Shown here piece after piece: positions 24,471 to 38,417 of a DNA stretch of 64,000 bases. The stretch comes from Octopus vulgaris. Its lineage: Eukaryota. Under the pieces are notes generated by a model. That model ran no database searches. It worked only from the letters and a program-made list of their open reading frames with translations, and was not told where the DNA came from. Each line of letters begins with the position of its first letter. Position 1 is the first letter of the stretch. Made by a program: the position numbers and the translations under genes. The DNA is taken from NCBI GenBank assembly GCA_951406725.2, contig OX597815.1, positions 106,020,001 through 106,084,000 of the forward strand, given 5' to 3'.

Positions 24471-25517
24471 CATTACCATGCAAAAGTCTTCAGCCACTTT
24501 AAACTATTGTAAATTTCTACTAATTGCCAACTTATAAATGGAAGTTTCGCATTGTGCATTTTTTACAGATGAAACATTGGCCCTATTGGAGCCATTTCCA
24601 TAACTAATCATTATATTTTGTAGTAGGGATTCTGAATGAGAGGGGAAGATGTGAGATGATCACCAAAAGCAAGAATTTGTCAGAAGGCCTCCAGGAAAGC
24701 GAAACGATCCACGTTACACGACGAAAATAGTGAAGTTTGGGGGTAAGAGTCTGATGCTTTGGGAATACGTAAAAAGTGATGGTTCAAGAAAATTGGTTAA
24801 AATTGATGGTAACTTGAATAGTGCCAAATACATCCAGTTGCTGAAGGACAATTTGATACTAGACTTGGATGAAGGTGAGATTTTTCAGCATGATGGAGCT
24901 CAATGCCATAGATCATGTGCAACACAGCTGAGTCTGGCTGATGAAGGTGTTACTGTATTGAAAGATTGGCCAGCTCAGAGCCCTGACTTAAATATCAATG
25001 AGCAAATGTGGACAGAACTAAAGAGAAGAGTTGATCTGAAGAATCCACACAATCTTGAAGTGCTGTGGGAGCTCAGCCACAGAGAATGGCAGCTCATACC
25101 TGTGAAGATGGTAAAAATGATGAAGGATTTGTACACATGTCTTCCCAGGTACATTGAAGCAATTATTCAAGCTAAGGGAAGCCACATGAAATATTAACAA
25201 TGTGCAGTAACTTCTTCAAAGAACATTATGCAATAAATTTTCATTATAGACATTTTTCTGTTTTACAACACTGTATTTTGATTGGTTTATGTGAGGTGGC
25301 CAAAATCTTTTGCACAGCCATTTTTGGTGGTCATCTCACATCTTCCCCTCTCATTCAGAACCCCTACTACAAAATATGATGATTAGGTATGGAAATGATT
25401 CCAACAGAGCCAATGTTTCATCTGTAAATAACGCAATGTGAAACATCCACTTATAAGTTGGCAATTAGTAGAAATTTACAATAGTTTAAAGTGGTTAAAG
25501 ACTTTTGCACGGTACTG
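24471..25517 (+). mobile_element. Internally deleted Tc1-family transposon with ~200-bp TIRs and TA target duplication
   Basis: Arms at 24471-24668 and 25321-25517. ORF 24730-25197 has KFGG, FQHDGA and WPAQSPDLN..E motifs. Confidence 0.92.
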
Positions 25518-27726
25518 TATAATGGTGAATATGGATGGGAGATGTGAGGGAAAGGGAACAAAACAGAGAAAATAGATGAGGATGGTGAAGAATCCAGAGA
25601 GAGTTGTTGAAGGAAAGAACGAAGTAGATCAAAAGGGAAAGGATAGGAGGGGTGTTGAAGAAGCAGAGAAGCTATAGGAAGAGGACTATAGGTGAGTACA
25701 ACATGAGCAATAAATGAAAGTGGGACTGGGAGCACCATAGAGGTAGGGGAAGAGCAAAGTGTGAATTCAAGTAAAACATCCCGTGGAGAAAGGGCAGTGA
25801 GAGAAAAGGATAGTGGAAGAGTTGTAGGTGAATAGAAAAGCTGGAGAGCACTCTAGGGGTCAAGGGCATGTAGTGAGATAGAAGCAAGAGTAGGTGTTGG
25901 GTAGCAATACAGGTAGCCAAGAGAGAGTGTACTGGTTGGTAGCACAGTAGGGCAAGTATGATAGCAGAGGGAAGCTAAAGTGTATTGGGTAGGTAGGGGC
26001 ATGAGGATGGTCCAATACAACATTTTATATATAGGTCTGGGGAAAAATGAAGGCATCAGAGTGAAGTGAAGTGGATGATGATGCAGTCAACCCAGGTGGT
26101 GGAGAGATGAAAGAAGAGATGATGAAGAGACAGGAATCATGGAAAGTGTCGTAAAGAGGAGTGAAAGGCATAGGAAAAAACATATATATATATTTATTTC
26201 ATCATCATTATTTAATGTCCATTTTCCATACTGACATGGTTTGGAAGGTTTGACAGGAGCTAACAAGCCAGAGAGCTGCACCAGGCTCCAATTGCCTGTT
26301 TTGGCATAGTTTCTATGGCTAGATGCCCTTCCTAATGTCGACCACTTTACACAGTGTAGTGGGTGCTTTTTACAACAAGGTATTTTGCCTGATGCTTTAC
26401 CAATTCTGCCAGTTCACAATTCAACAATTTAATACTGTATACATATCTTTTTATTATTGTTATTATCAAATATGAAAAACAAATTAAAAACTGTATATTG
26501 TCAATGAAAACTGTTTAATTAACTAGGGTTTTATAATTGCATGAGTTTCAGTTATTTGATTTGATTGCTATTTTTTTAATTTCTGTATGAACTTTCTTGT
26601 ATTATAATATAATTGTACTTCTATTTTTTATTATTCAGAAAAGTTATTGATTATCATTTCTTTTATAATAATTTAGATTTCTGTTAGAAAAATTTATTAA
26701 TAGTGTTTATCTGATTTTCTTAATAAACATATATATTTCTGCTATTTTCTTCCTAATTATGTGTAGTTTCTTCAACAGAACATACTGTCTTCTTTTACCA
26801 TGAGATTCTATTAACCCACCTCACCTAACAGCCCTATGTAGCATTGATTCATTCTTATAATCTTTTTCTTTTAGGCAGTACTTTCAGTGGGGTAGCTCTA
26901 CATCATTATAATAAACATATGGTAACATGTGACACTTAATTCACACTTATTGCAGGCATGGCTGTGGGGTTAAGAAGCTTGCTTCACAACCATGTAATTT
27001 CAGGTTCAGCTCCTCTGCACAGCTCCTTGAGCAATGCTCTTTTTTTTTTTTTCAATGGGCCTTGTGAGTAGATTTGGTAGGCAGAACTGAAAGTAGCCTA
27101 TCGTGTGTGTGCACCTGTGTTTGTTTACATGTGTGATTCTCTGAAAATTGCTGAGCTACATTACTGTTGTTTCTCCTGACAACAAATCATCTGTTTGTTT
27201 TATACCTTCAAAATTCATTAATTGTAATACAGGTAAGAACAGAAAAGGCATTTGGCTGTAAAACAGTGCCTCAATAATACATTCATCTAACCCATACTAG
27301 CATAGAAAAATGAAATGAACAAAGTATATTTGCACATACTTCTCAATTGTTTATGCAATTTTTACCCATCATGGATAAAAAAATGTTTGCATCGCCAAGT
27401 GCTGAAATTTCATCTAATACACTGCAGAAACACATTATGCTGAATATAAAGTTGTATGTGTAGAGGCAATTGGGAATTAGCAAACATATTTTTCACTCTT
27501 CATGGCACTTTCAGGATTAATGAAAAAATACCAATGGGTAAAACTATTCAACAAAATATTTGGCTGTGCCTGTTCCAGTCCTTTGTGTTTTGGCAGCAAC
27601 ACCTCTGACAAAATGGGTGCCAGATTGTGTCAGCCCAAGTTGGTAGCTTTCCCCCATTGTGGCTTGGAGAGGGGGAGCTTACATGCATAGGAAACTGCTA
27701 GTCTTCCTCGAAAATCTTGTTTGTCC

Positions 27727-27770
<44 letters not shown>

Positions 27771-28493
27771 GCAGATGACTGAAGATATTCCTAACTTTTT
27801 TCCATTATTATAATTTGATCTTATTGCATTTGCTGCATTGTCCATTTAGTAAACCTATCTTACATTTCATCAAAACAATTTTTTTCTTGAATGAATCATC
27901 TTTATCTACATTTTTCATGATGGAATTGTTGCTATGGCCATAAAGAGTTACCTACATACACCCGATGTTTGCCAACTCCCAATTACTTTAATACTTGCAG
28001 TTTTTATATTCATTATAATGTGTATCTATAGCACCTTTGATGAACTTCAAGCATTTGGAGTTGCAAGCTGTTTTCTATTCATGATAGGTAAAAATTGTAT
28101 GGACAATTTGAGTGTATGTGGGAGTGTGCATAAGTGTGAATCATAATTCCTTACATATATTAGTATTTAGATAATGTAGTACCGTCTGATCAAATATATT
28201 GTCTTCTAAGTGGGTTTACTGTATTTTCTTGGAGTAACCTGCTTTTCATATTTTCCTCGTACTAGTAACATACTACAATTATGCTGTCACCATCACTTTA
28301 CATACTTATGCACTACCCAAGTAATAACAGTTTCTCCTTTTCATTTTCCATGACAATTGTTTAACTTATGAAACTTTTCTATGAACTTTCCTAGGATCAA
28401 TTAAGTCAGCAAAAATTTCATTCCACACAATAATGGTCTTTTGTTTTTATCAATTTACTAACCTTTTATTGTTTTTCTCTTTTTCTCTTGTAG

Positions 28494-28570
28494 AGTTGTA
28501 TGTACCTTACACACAAAATACACCAACTGAATCAAGTAATCCAATCAATAACCAGCAACCCAATGTATGA
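28494..28570 (+). CDS. MFSD12: Probable terminal coding exon of the MFSD12-like gene (KLYVPYTQNTPTESSNPINNQQPNV*)
   Basis: Strong polypyrimidine tract plus tag. Phase 1 matches exon E and the frame is open to TGA at 28568-28570. No homology support. Confidence 0.6.
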
Positions 28571-29413
28571 AGGAAGACACAACGTTTAAAGAAAATATAA
28601 ATGAATGATAGTTATATTTAATACTTGGAGGGATTGACAGAGGGTTGGGGAATGTAACAACAACCAAAAAAGTATATAATTCAAGATTGCAACAGATTCA
28701 GTTGATTTTAAAGTTTTACATTGGAATAATCTATACATTACTCAGTCAATGATATTATAATCCAATTGTATTTATCTTTGACAAAAATTATTTGTGTATA
28801 TATGTATAAATATGTGTGTGTGTGTGCATGTGTATGCATGTGATATTGAGTGTGTGTATGTGTATATGTATGTGTGGGAGTGAGTGTGTATTTAATGGCA
28901 GTTGGGCTCTATTTAATCTAGGGTTTTAAATTATTAGTGAATTTACATTTTTTATGACTGCTATATCCTTCATGTGTGTGTGTGTGTGTGTGTGCGCGCG
29001 CACATGCACACTTGTGTGTTTATTGTATATATTATTTGTATTACACCTTTCAGTATGTCTGCGAAGGATAAACTTACTCTAATAATTTAAACCTTTCATA
29101 TTGGAGTGGGACCTCAATCAATATAAAGCAAATTCCGAGCCACTTACCAATCATGTATTTGTATGAAAATCTTATTCTGCTGCCCTGCAATTCAAATCTT
29201 CCCTGTTTATACTACAAAAAGATAGTCCTTAAAAGATTGGCTTTCATTGTATTTTAATATGTTGGTAATGACTTTCTGATTATTAATGACGACTCCAGAG
29301 TGATGGTAAACTGAACTAAAAATTTGCAATCTGGATTGCTAACTGAAGTATGGCCTTTGATATATATCACTCCAATATTTCTGTATATAGTGAGTAAGAC
29401 ACTGTACCTTTGT

Positions 29414-29419
29414 AATAAA
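29414..29419 (+). terminator. Candidate polyadenylation signal of the MFSD12-like gene
   Basis: AATAAA followed by a G/T-rich tract, about 850 nt after the stop codon. Confidence 0.35.
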
Positions 29420-29589
29420 GTTTGGGTTTTTTTTTTTTGCATGGGGTAAGAAGCTGGGGTTCTTGTCTAACATATCCAAAGAAAACTTTCAGTTGACCAG
29501 TCAAAAACTTGTACTTGTTTTGTATGTTTATTGTCATTGAATATTATTATTATTATTATTATTGTTTTTTTTTAGAAGATCAGATTTTG

Positions 29590-30110
29590 TTGGAACTCCT
29601 GGAATTTTGCATGAGTAGTGGGCTTGCTATCTGCAGCCTATAGTACCATGCTATCTGTTCTTTTCAACTATCTCATACTTTCCTGATTATTCTGACACTC
29701 TATACTGGATACTCTATTCCTATTTCTTTTATATTCCTTTTGATGCTTCCTGATACTGTCCCCAAGAACCTAACAATAACTGGCACTCTCTTCAGTTTCT
29801 TCATTTTCCATAGCCAGACTATTTCATATTTAAGAGGATTGTATGTGCCTACTTTTTCACCTATTTGTGGATCAAAGGGGCACACAACATCAATTATATA
29901 ACACATGTGATTTACCCTGTCCATCACCACTAAGTCAGGCTTGTTGTGCTCAAGCACCTGATCTGTTTGGATTGGGAAATCCTCCAGGACTTTGCAGGTC
30001 TCCAACTCCACCACACTCTGCAGTTTGTGCTCATACCATGTCTTGTGTCTCTCTAGACCCCAGTTTATAATGTAGCACCTTTGCTACCATATCATGCCAC
30101 CACAACTTAT
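29590..30110 (-). mobile_element. RLE-type (R4/Dong-like) LINE 3' fragment
   Basis: DFPIQTDQVLEHNKPDLVVMD...IIDVVCPFD...PVIVRFLG endonuclease domain (ORF 29700-30014). Confidence 0.8.
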
Positions 30111-30132
30111 AATGATTTTAGGCAAATCTATT

Positions 30133-32092
30133 ATTTGGTTTGGCTCAGGTTCAGTCTTACTTCTGGTAGGATATATGTGGTTAGCAGGTTACTACCTGTA
30201 ACCTTAGGTATCCACAAATTTTCACTAGTCTTTCAAGTGTTTAGAACCCTTATAATTATCGTTGCTGTCCCTAAGAGACAAACTTTCTGTGGGAGCTCTA
30301 CAGGGCATTTTATTATTATTATTATTGTTATTATTAAAGTTGCATGCTGGTTGAATCATCAGCACACCAGCCAAGATACTTAGCAGCATTTTATCTGTCT
30401 TTACGTTCTGAGTTCAAATTTCACTGAGGTCAACTTTGGCTTTCATCCTTTTGAGGGTCAATATATTCAGTACCAATGGAACACTGGGGTCGATGTAATC
30501 GACTAGTCCCCTCCTCAAAAATTTCAAGCCTTGAGCCTATAATAGAAAGGGTTATTATTATTAGGACAAAGTTGGCAAGATGGCAGAATTGTTTGCACAC
30601 TGGGTGGAATGCTTTACAATATTTCATCCGGCTTCATGTTCTAAGTTCAAATTCCACCAAGATCAACTTTGCCTTTCATCCTTTCAGGGTTGATCAAATA
30701 AGTTCCAGTTGAGTACTGGGGGTGATGTAATCAACTTAACCCTTCCTCCAAAACTGCTGACCATGTGCTAAAATTTGAAATTATTATTATTACTATTAGG
30801 ACAGTAGGCTGGCAGACTTATTAGGATGCTGGACAAAATGCTTAGTCGTATTTCATTCATCTTTTATGTTCTGAGTTCAAATTCCACTAAGGTTGACTTT
30901 GCTTTTCATCCTTTCAGGGTCAATGAAATAAGTATCAGTTTTGCTCTGGAGTCAATGTAATCAACTAGCCCTCTTCCACCCCACCCGCCAAATTTCAAGC
31001 CTTATACTTATAGTAGAAAGGATTATTATTATTAAGTGAAGTGGCAAGCTGGCAGAATCATTATCATGCCGGACAAAATGCTTAGCAACATTTCATCTCA
31101 TCTTTACATTCTGAGTTCAAATTCTCTCAATACCTTCTGATGCTATCCCCAAGGCCCCAACAATAATTGGCACTATCTTCACCTTTCCCATTTTCCATAG
31201 TCAAGCTAAGAAGGTTGTAAATGTTTATTTTTCGCTTTCCTTAACTATTCATGGGTCAAAAGGGCACACAGCAATCTGTTAAAGAGCACATGTGGTTCAC
31301 CTTGTCTGCCACCACATTTAAATTGAGAAATCCCATAGCATTTTGCAAGACTCTGAGGCAGCCCCTTTCTATAAGTTGTGTTCATTCCATGTCTTGCTTC
31401 TCTCTAGCCCTCACTTCTCTCACAGTTTCCAATGCTGCACTTTTATTTGCTACCTCATCATGTCTCCACAATGTTCTGGACAAGAACCAAAATTGGTAAG
31501 GGCTTTGTTAAGTCCATTACAAATTCTACACAATGGAGACACTCATTTCTTTAGGTTGCCCCACCCCCCAAATTTGTGACTTAAGTCCAATCTTGCACTG
31601 CAAGTATAGTGCTGTTAGTCTCCTTTCTTCTTCTTCTTCACCTTCTTTGTCTTCCTCTTCATTGTCACCTTCTTCTTCGTCTTCCTCTTCGTTGTCACCT
31701 TCTTCTTATTATTATTATCATTATTATTATTTCGTCCGTCTTTACATTCTGAATTTAAGTTCTGCCACAGTCAACTTTGCTTTTCATCCTTTCAGGCCTG
31801 ATAAAATAAGTACCAGTTGAGCACTGGGGTCAACATAATTGAAATACCCTCTCATCCAAAGTTTTTGGCCTTGTGCCAAAATTTGAAACTATTATTATTT
31901 TGGTTTGGCTCAGATTCGGTCTTATTCCTGGTAGGATTTATGTGGGTGATGGGCTACTACCTGTAACCTTAGGTATCCACAAGTTTTCAGCTGTCTTTCA
32001 AGTGCTTAGAATCCTCCTGATAATCCTTGCTGTCCCTAAGAGACAAACTTTCTCTAGGAGTTCTACCAGACATTCTATTCCAATTTCCTTTT
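30133..32092. mobile_element. Cluster of tandem (ATT)n-tailed SINEs (+; ~30340, 30563, 30798, 31040, 31733) interleaved with RLE-LINE 3' fragments (-; 30133-30310, 31128-31310, 31900-32092)
   Basis: Repeated GTTCTGAGTTCAAATTC...CTTTCATCCTTT units; 30133-30310 is similar to 31900-32070. Confidence 0.78.
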
Positions 32093-33081
32093 CTATCATC
32101 ATCATTGTCATTATTATTATTAACACAGTTTAATTGTTTAATATTCCTCTACATCCCCATTTCAAATTTCACCATTGTTCCTCTCTTTGAGAACATCCCC
32201 ATTCATATTTCTACATCTCCATTTCATATTTCATCACTTTCCCACATTCATCAATACAACAAGTGTTCATCATATACTGGGGGTCAGTTTTAACTGCTTC
32301 TTCTTATTAAATTTTATGGCCTTATGCCAAAGTAAGAAAATTTTATAAGTGAACACTGGGTTTTGGTTAGTTATTGACAGATTAAATCCACAACTAGATT
32401 TTAGTTCTTAGAATCTTCCTGAAGAGTTAATGCAATGTTAATGTTCTATTCCTGTATAAGTCTCAGTTATAAGAAATGTTAAATAACAAAAATCTCTTAT
32501 TCTTTACAAGGCAAAGATGATTGGTGAGTCAGTCATATTTGAACAGATGTCTAGTTCATAAACTGTTTACCATAGGTGACATCAAAGTCTTGTATGTTAA
32601 ACAGTCAAACATGCCACACATATATTTTTACTTAATAATATAAGATATTTAGTCTATTATTCTGCAAACTTACCACCAGAAGACAGATAAGTTAAATATT
32701 TTACAGGTTTTAAAAGTTCAATGTTTCGTGGCTCTGAGCTTAAATCCTAGTACAGTTCAACTTCACTTTTCATTCTTATGCTGTCAATGTAAAGAACTGA
32801 TATCAATGAAATTTACTGTCAAGTTTTTCTTCTGGCACAATTAGGGTTTTACCTAGTAAAAAGAAAATATTTTGAAACTTCACTAAATCTAACTTAACAT
32901 ATATATATAATATGTAATTGTAAGATCCAAGGTTGTGGGTGTAGGTATAAAAACAACTTTCAGAAACAATAATAGTTTATTGGTCTAGAAAGTTGTAGGT
33001 TTTTCCCATACCAAAGTTCATTAGGCTGAAAAAAGTTTTTTAATAGTTCATGGTTAGCAACTGTGAATGTGATTAAAAGTA

Positions 33082-33130
<49 letters not shown>

Positions 33131-36100
33131 GTATGTATGCATGTATGTATATATAATTAAATAATAAAGGTAGAAATTGATATTAAGTGGCTTAGCATAT
33201 TTTTAAAAATCCAAAGATTAAAAATTGTGTTACATACAAATTCCTCTAAATTTGTATATGTATCTGTATATATACACACACACACACATACACTGTCTCT
33301 CTCTCTCTCCCCTCCCTCCCTCCCCCTCTCTCCCTCCCTGTCTCTCTCTCAGAGATCTAGTATTATATTAGATCTCTGTAAGAGACTGCAATAAAACGTT
33401 CCTTTGATGATCCATTGCAGTTGGACACCCAAATGCACTTGGAATATCCAATGCTGAGTTCCAAATAACTGCAACAAGGAAGCATATCTAGGAACTAAAC
33501 ATTTATACTTGTGTTTATCTTAACTTTTCAATATATAATGGTTGTGTTATATTTTAGGTCATCAACTCTTTCTCTTTGTCACCAGTCACTACCATTTAAC
33601 ATTCCAAAACTTTTGTGTTGGTTAATGTTGTGAATGTCTTTCTATACAACTCTTGTTGACAACTAATATGATATCTCAATTGCTATTTCATTTATCTCAT
33701 ACAAGTGTGATAAACAGAGGCAATTGCTCTGTTTTCTTTTTAAACATCAATAGCTATAAAAGGTTGATAGGTCCTATTGGACATTACGAAATACTTATTT
33801 TTTTAACCATTTTTTGTTAATAAAAGAAAAGGGCTGCAATACAACATATATATACAATTTGTATGAATACATATTTTTATTGACTTTGATTTTCATTTAT
33901 TTGTCAATTTCAAAGAAATAATATTAATTTTTCAAATTATTCTTGTTTTCAGTGTTTTTACTGTGAATTTCTGAATTTATTTTCTTGTTTCATCATATCT
34001 ATTGGCAACCTCTACAGCTACTTCTACTAACTGTAATTGTTCTTCAGACTAATGTGAGATGTATATTGTGTTATACAGACAAGGCAAATGAAAGTGGTAC
34101 ATAAGGAGATAAAGTAGCTTATCTTGTTTCTGTATTACTTAAGAATAATTTTCCGTCATTTTTGGTGACATTTTTGTCCATTTTGCAACACCTGTGAGAC
34201 TGGTATCTATACTACATACACATATATTAATCCATCTTAATTTGAGTTGTGACAAATGCAACAACAGCTATTTACATTTTGCATAATTAAACATGTTGAA
34301 GTGTTAGCAAATTTATATACTTCGTGAAAATTTGTGTATCCATCAGATACACAGATTTTTCATGTGCATTGAACTTGAATATAAGTGTTTTTGAGTAGAT
34401 ACAGCTCAGAAACAGTGGAAAGAGAATTATTCCATCTTGTCAGTTACGACGAAGACAATTATATTCTTGTTTAAACTGTTTCAGATTAACTTCTAGTAGT
34501 GTTTTCCAACCATAGTCAACTGCACCAATCTGCTTTCAACATGATATGGGCAGAGGAAAGTTAAGAGTGATATACAGAAACTGACCAACCCAGTACATCT
34601 AAAATCTGAGAAGGCAAAACTTTAAAAGTTTTGAAGAAATCCAAATACATCAGGAATTATTTTATTTGAGATTACCTGTGTTATATAAAATTTCAAATTG
34701 GCTTCTGGATTTGATTTCACTGTACTAGTATGACTATTTTTTTAATATGCATCCTGGACAGGAAAGGACCTCAGTTTATATATCTAAATATATATATATA
34801 CCTTTTATGAGAATAATAATTATCCACAGTACTTAACTATTTATTAAAAAAAATTAATAAAATTCTAATGGTTAAAATCATAATGTATACAAACATGCAA
34901 CTTAACATTGGCATTGTACAAAAACTATAGGTTTAAGAAAACCTTTAGAAACAAAATTTAAATTGAAGCTGTACTTTCTATAGGCTAAAAGGTTTACAGA
35001 AAGACCACCCCAAGCCTTGTTAATGAAACTGAATAGATTGAAACTACAGAAGTTGCCTATATTTCTAATTTTTTTTAAAGAGTTAAGCCTTGTGACACTG
35101 AGTCTATCCAAAGATTACATTAAGAGTGTCAGTGCCTATGAAATACTTGGCCATTTCTTTATAATACTTTGAGTTCTATTACTTGAATGAGTGAAACGCT
35201 CAAAATTGACAGAAGAGAGTCTGTTATATATATGCTGTCTTTAACAATCATAACTGCCTTCATAATTATTTATGCCACCCTTCAGATATTCTTTTGATGG
35301 GCTATGGATGAACTTATCATTAATGCAAACAAGTGCTAGTGCCAGGCCTGGACAGTGGGTGGGTGAGGAGAAGCTGGATATAATAAGTGTGACAAAAGGA
35401 GGAAAGACAAATGAACAGAGATAGCATGAGACCAACCAGCTTCAAGGAACAAAAGTCATTGTTGTGGCAGCAGAAAAGACAGCAAGGAGATAGCTTATCT
35501 GTGGGTCAGAGACTGAAGTATGTCTAAGGATTTCATGCCAAGCAGTCCTGTGTTGTTTTCCTGGATAAGTTTTAAGATATCTGTGTGTGAATAACCGCAA
35601 CACTTCCTCAGATTTAAGGGTAATACTCCATTGTGATCTCACCTGGGCTTTGTAGAGGTATAGTAGTTGTAAGGAACTGATGAATTTTTCGCTTCTGTAG
35701 AAAAAAATTGGTCTTTAAGATGCAGCTTTTGAAATGTTAAAGATGTGTATTTGCCAGGAAAGATCATCAGGGATATTAAGGCCATTTAAAGGAATTGCAA
35801 GGACTCTAGTTGCATGGTGTTCATGTTCAACAGATGAAAGTTACAATGATATTTTCTATGGTTATTGAGTAATGTCTCTACATGTAAAACATAGATTGAG
35901 GTATGAGGAGATGAGAGTGTGAAATGTGAAATTTTGTGAATACTGAAGAAAAATAGGTTGGTTGTAACCCATTAAATGTGTAACATTAACTCATACAAAA
36001 GGTGGACTGGAATCAGAGTCTACATGTAAAATATGACAACTGCCAAATAAAATTGAAGAAGTCATCATCATGATTTTATGCCAGGTTGGAAAGCTGACAT

Positions 36101-36495
36101 GTTTTGGACAAGTAACATCTTGTTCAGATTAACCGCTTTCCTAGATGGATCAGAAGACTACATCTCATTCATATGTATCACTTTTGGTATGGTTTATCAA
36201 TGCTACTTGTGCTAATGAGGTCACTTTGTACCCTGCAAGAATAAAAAGTTCTTACTATTCTTGGTTATTTTTTCTTATTTAAGAAAATGTGACCAAGAGT
36301 TTGAAAGAAGCAAGGGTATGATGGAAGAAACTAGTTGGGAAATGGCAATGATAGCAACAAGAGAGAAAGAGAGAGCAGTACAGAAAGGTGATGGTGAGGT
36401 ATATTAGCTATGATATTACATAGAAAAAATATAAAGTGATAAGGAAAGTGGTAATATACAAACAAGAGGGTACTGAAGAAACAGTGTGGGGAGCA

Positions 36496-37230
36496 TACAA
36501 GATGCATTCAAAAAGTATCTGAATTTAATTTTTGCTCACCAAACTAATGCTGCATAGCAAAATCCATGTTTCATCACCAGTGATGGTTATTATGAAATGT
36601 GGGTCGTGTTTGCATAGTTCAGCATGTCTGAGCAACTTCCAAGCAGAGTTGCTTTTGTTTAGCATCCTGAGGGTGAATTTCGCCAATACTTTCTGCATGC
36701 ACAAATCTTCCATTAAAATGGAATACAATGATCTTGTGCTTATTCCTTTTCTGTGAGCAATTTCCTGTATTGTTATCCAATGGTCTTCCATGACAATTCA
36801 CTGAACCTTCTCAACTGACTCCTCGTTTCAACTTGTGAATGGCTTGCCTGAGCATGCCTTGCTCTCCACTAAGATGCAGCCATGTTTGAAATGGTTGTAC
36901 TTTTTCCTTGATCTGAGTTTTGCTCATGGCACCACTGCTAAAAGCCTACTGAATCTTCTGGGTTGTTTTCTGCTTTAGTATCAACAAGCTTTTGGCAAAA
37001 CTTGATGCAATATCTCTGCTCAATGCATTCAGTGAAAATGAAAATCTGATGAACACACACTACACATCTGTACTCTAGGTATAACAGCCAGGTACTGACA
37101 TGACCTACAAGTATGGAAATGGTTACACGTAGGAAAGGCAGCATCACCTGCCACCCACAGGATTTTGCCCATGTGGTATTAGTTTTGGTGAGAAAAAATA
37201 AACTCAGTTACTTTTTGAACACACCTCATA
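36496..37230 (-). mobile_element. Internally deleted mariner element
   Basis: TA-flanked TIRs (TTCAAAAAGTA / TACTTTTTGAA). EQRYCIKFCQKL and ITGDETW motifs on the minus strand. Confidence 0.85.
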
Positions 37231-38417
37231 TTAGAGTCTTAGTAGGAACATAATCAGTGAGAGACCCAAATGTACTTATACTATACATCCTATCTTCTGT
37301 CACTAGCTTCTTCTTAACATTATTTTTAATATTGCTTGGTCGAATGAGTCTTAAATTCTTTAATATATCTATTAATCAGAAGATGGAGATGTGTTTTAAT
37401 CTTGACAATAAAATAAGAGTGAATAAAAATAGCAATATCATTTCGGTTGAATATAATCCAAGCTAGAGTTGATCAAATGCAAATTGGTGGTTGATGAGAG
37501 GATTAACAAATGTTCTTTAACAAATATTAAAATCACATACTGAGAATATATTTTTTGTCAAGCTTTAACATGGTTCATTGGCAAGTACAGGGAAACTTAT
37601 ACTTTACTGAGATCTACAAAAAGCAAAACACATCCAGAGCTGTTATCCAAGAATAAGAATGAGTATCTTCTGATATAGCCTGAGATGGATTGATATCTTG
37701 TATAAGTGGAATTTAGTAGGGGAAAAAACTGTGCAAAACACCATATATACTGTTTAGACAAGTCTAAAAACTGGTATTGCTTATGTTACATTATTTTATG
37801 TTCTTTAACTTAGCAGTTTGACAAATAGGGATTGAACAAATAAGTTTCTGACACAAACCAATGAAAGAATAATAATACAAGCGAATACAATAGTGCCTTT
37901 GTAATTTTAAAGGCTACAGTGACGTCAACATAATGTAGTGGCCTGAAGAGATCTCAAAGTTAGAAACCAGGCTAAGACAGTTCCCCTTCTTCACTGAAAG
38001 ATAAAAAAATATTTGTTTCTTTGAACACTTCAAAAGTATCAACCACATTTAGTGCAGTCAGTAATTAAATAATTACATAATTCGCTGGATAACATATAAA
38101 TTTAGTTCAATTAATTTTGTGAAATTAATTCTATATTATCAAACGTGTTGTCCTTCCTCTATTATGTGAGTGGAGAGGATTTTGATGAGATTCAGCTGTT
38201 GTTTTCAGCTCATTGGCCTTCCATGAAATTTACTTCAGTATTTTTCATCAGTCGAAATAATTCGTTGAACGATTCTATCTCTGTTCATTAGAAAGCTTCT
38301 ATTACCGATTCCACAATAATCATTTTACAGAAAGCTGTGGTTATTTAACTAGACGTCAGTTCGAACAAAAGCAATTTATTTACAGAATCTTATGTACATA
38401 TTGAAAATAGCAGACAA

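Noticed and set aside
30340-31130. CRISPR-like regularly spaced repeats
   Set aside because: They are ~230-bp diverged SINE copies in eukaryotic DNA, with no unique spacers and no cas genes.
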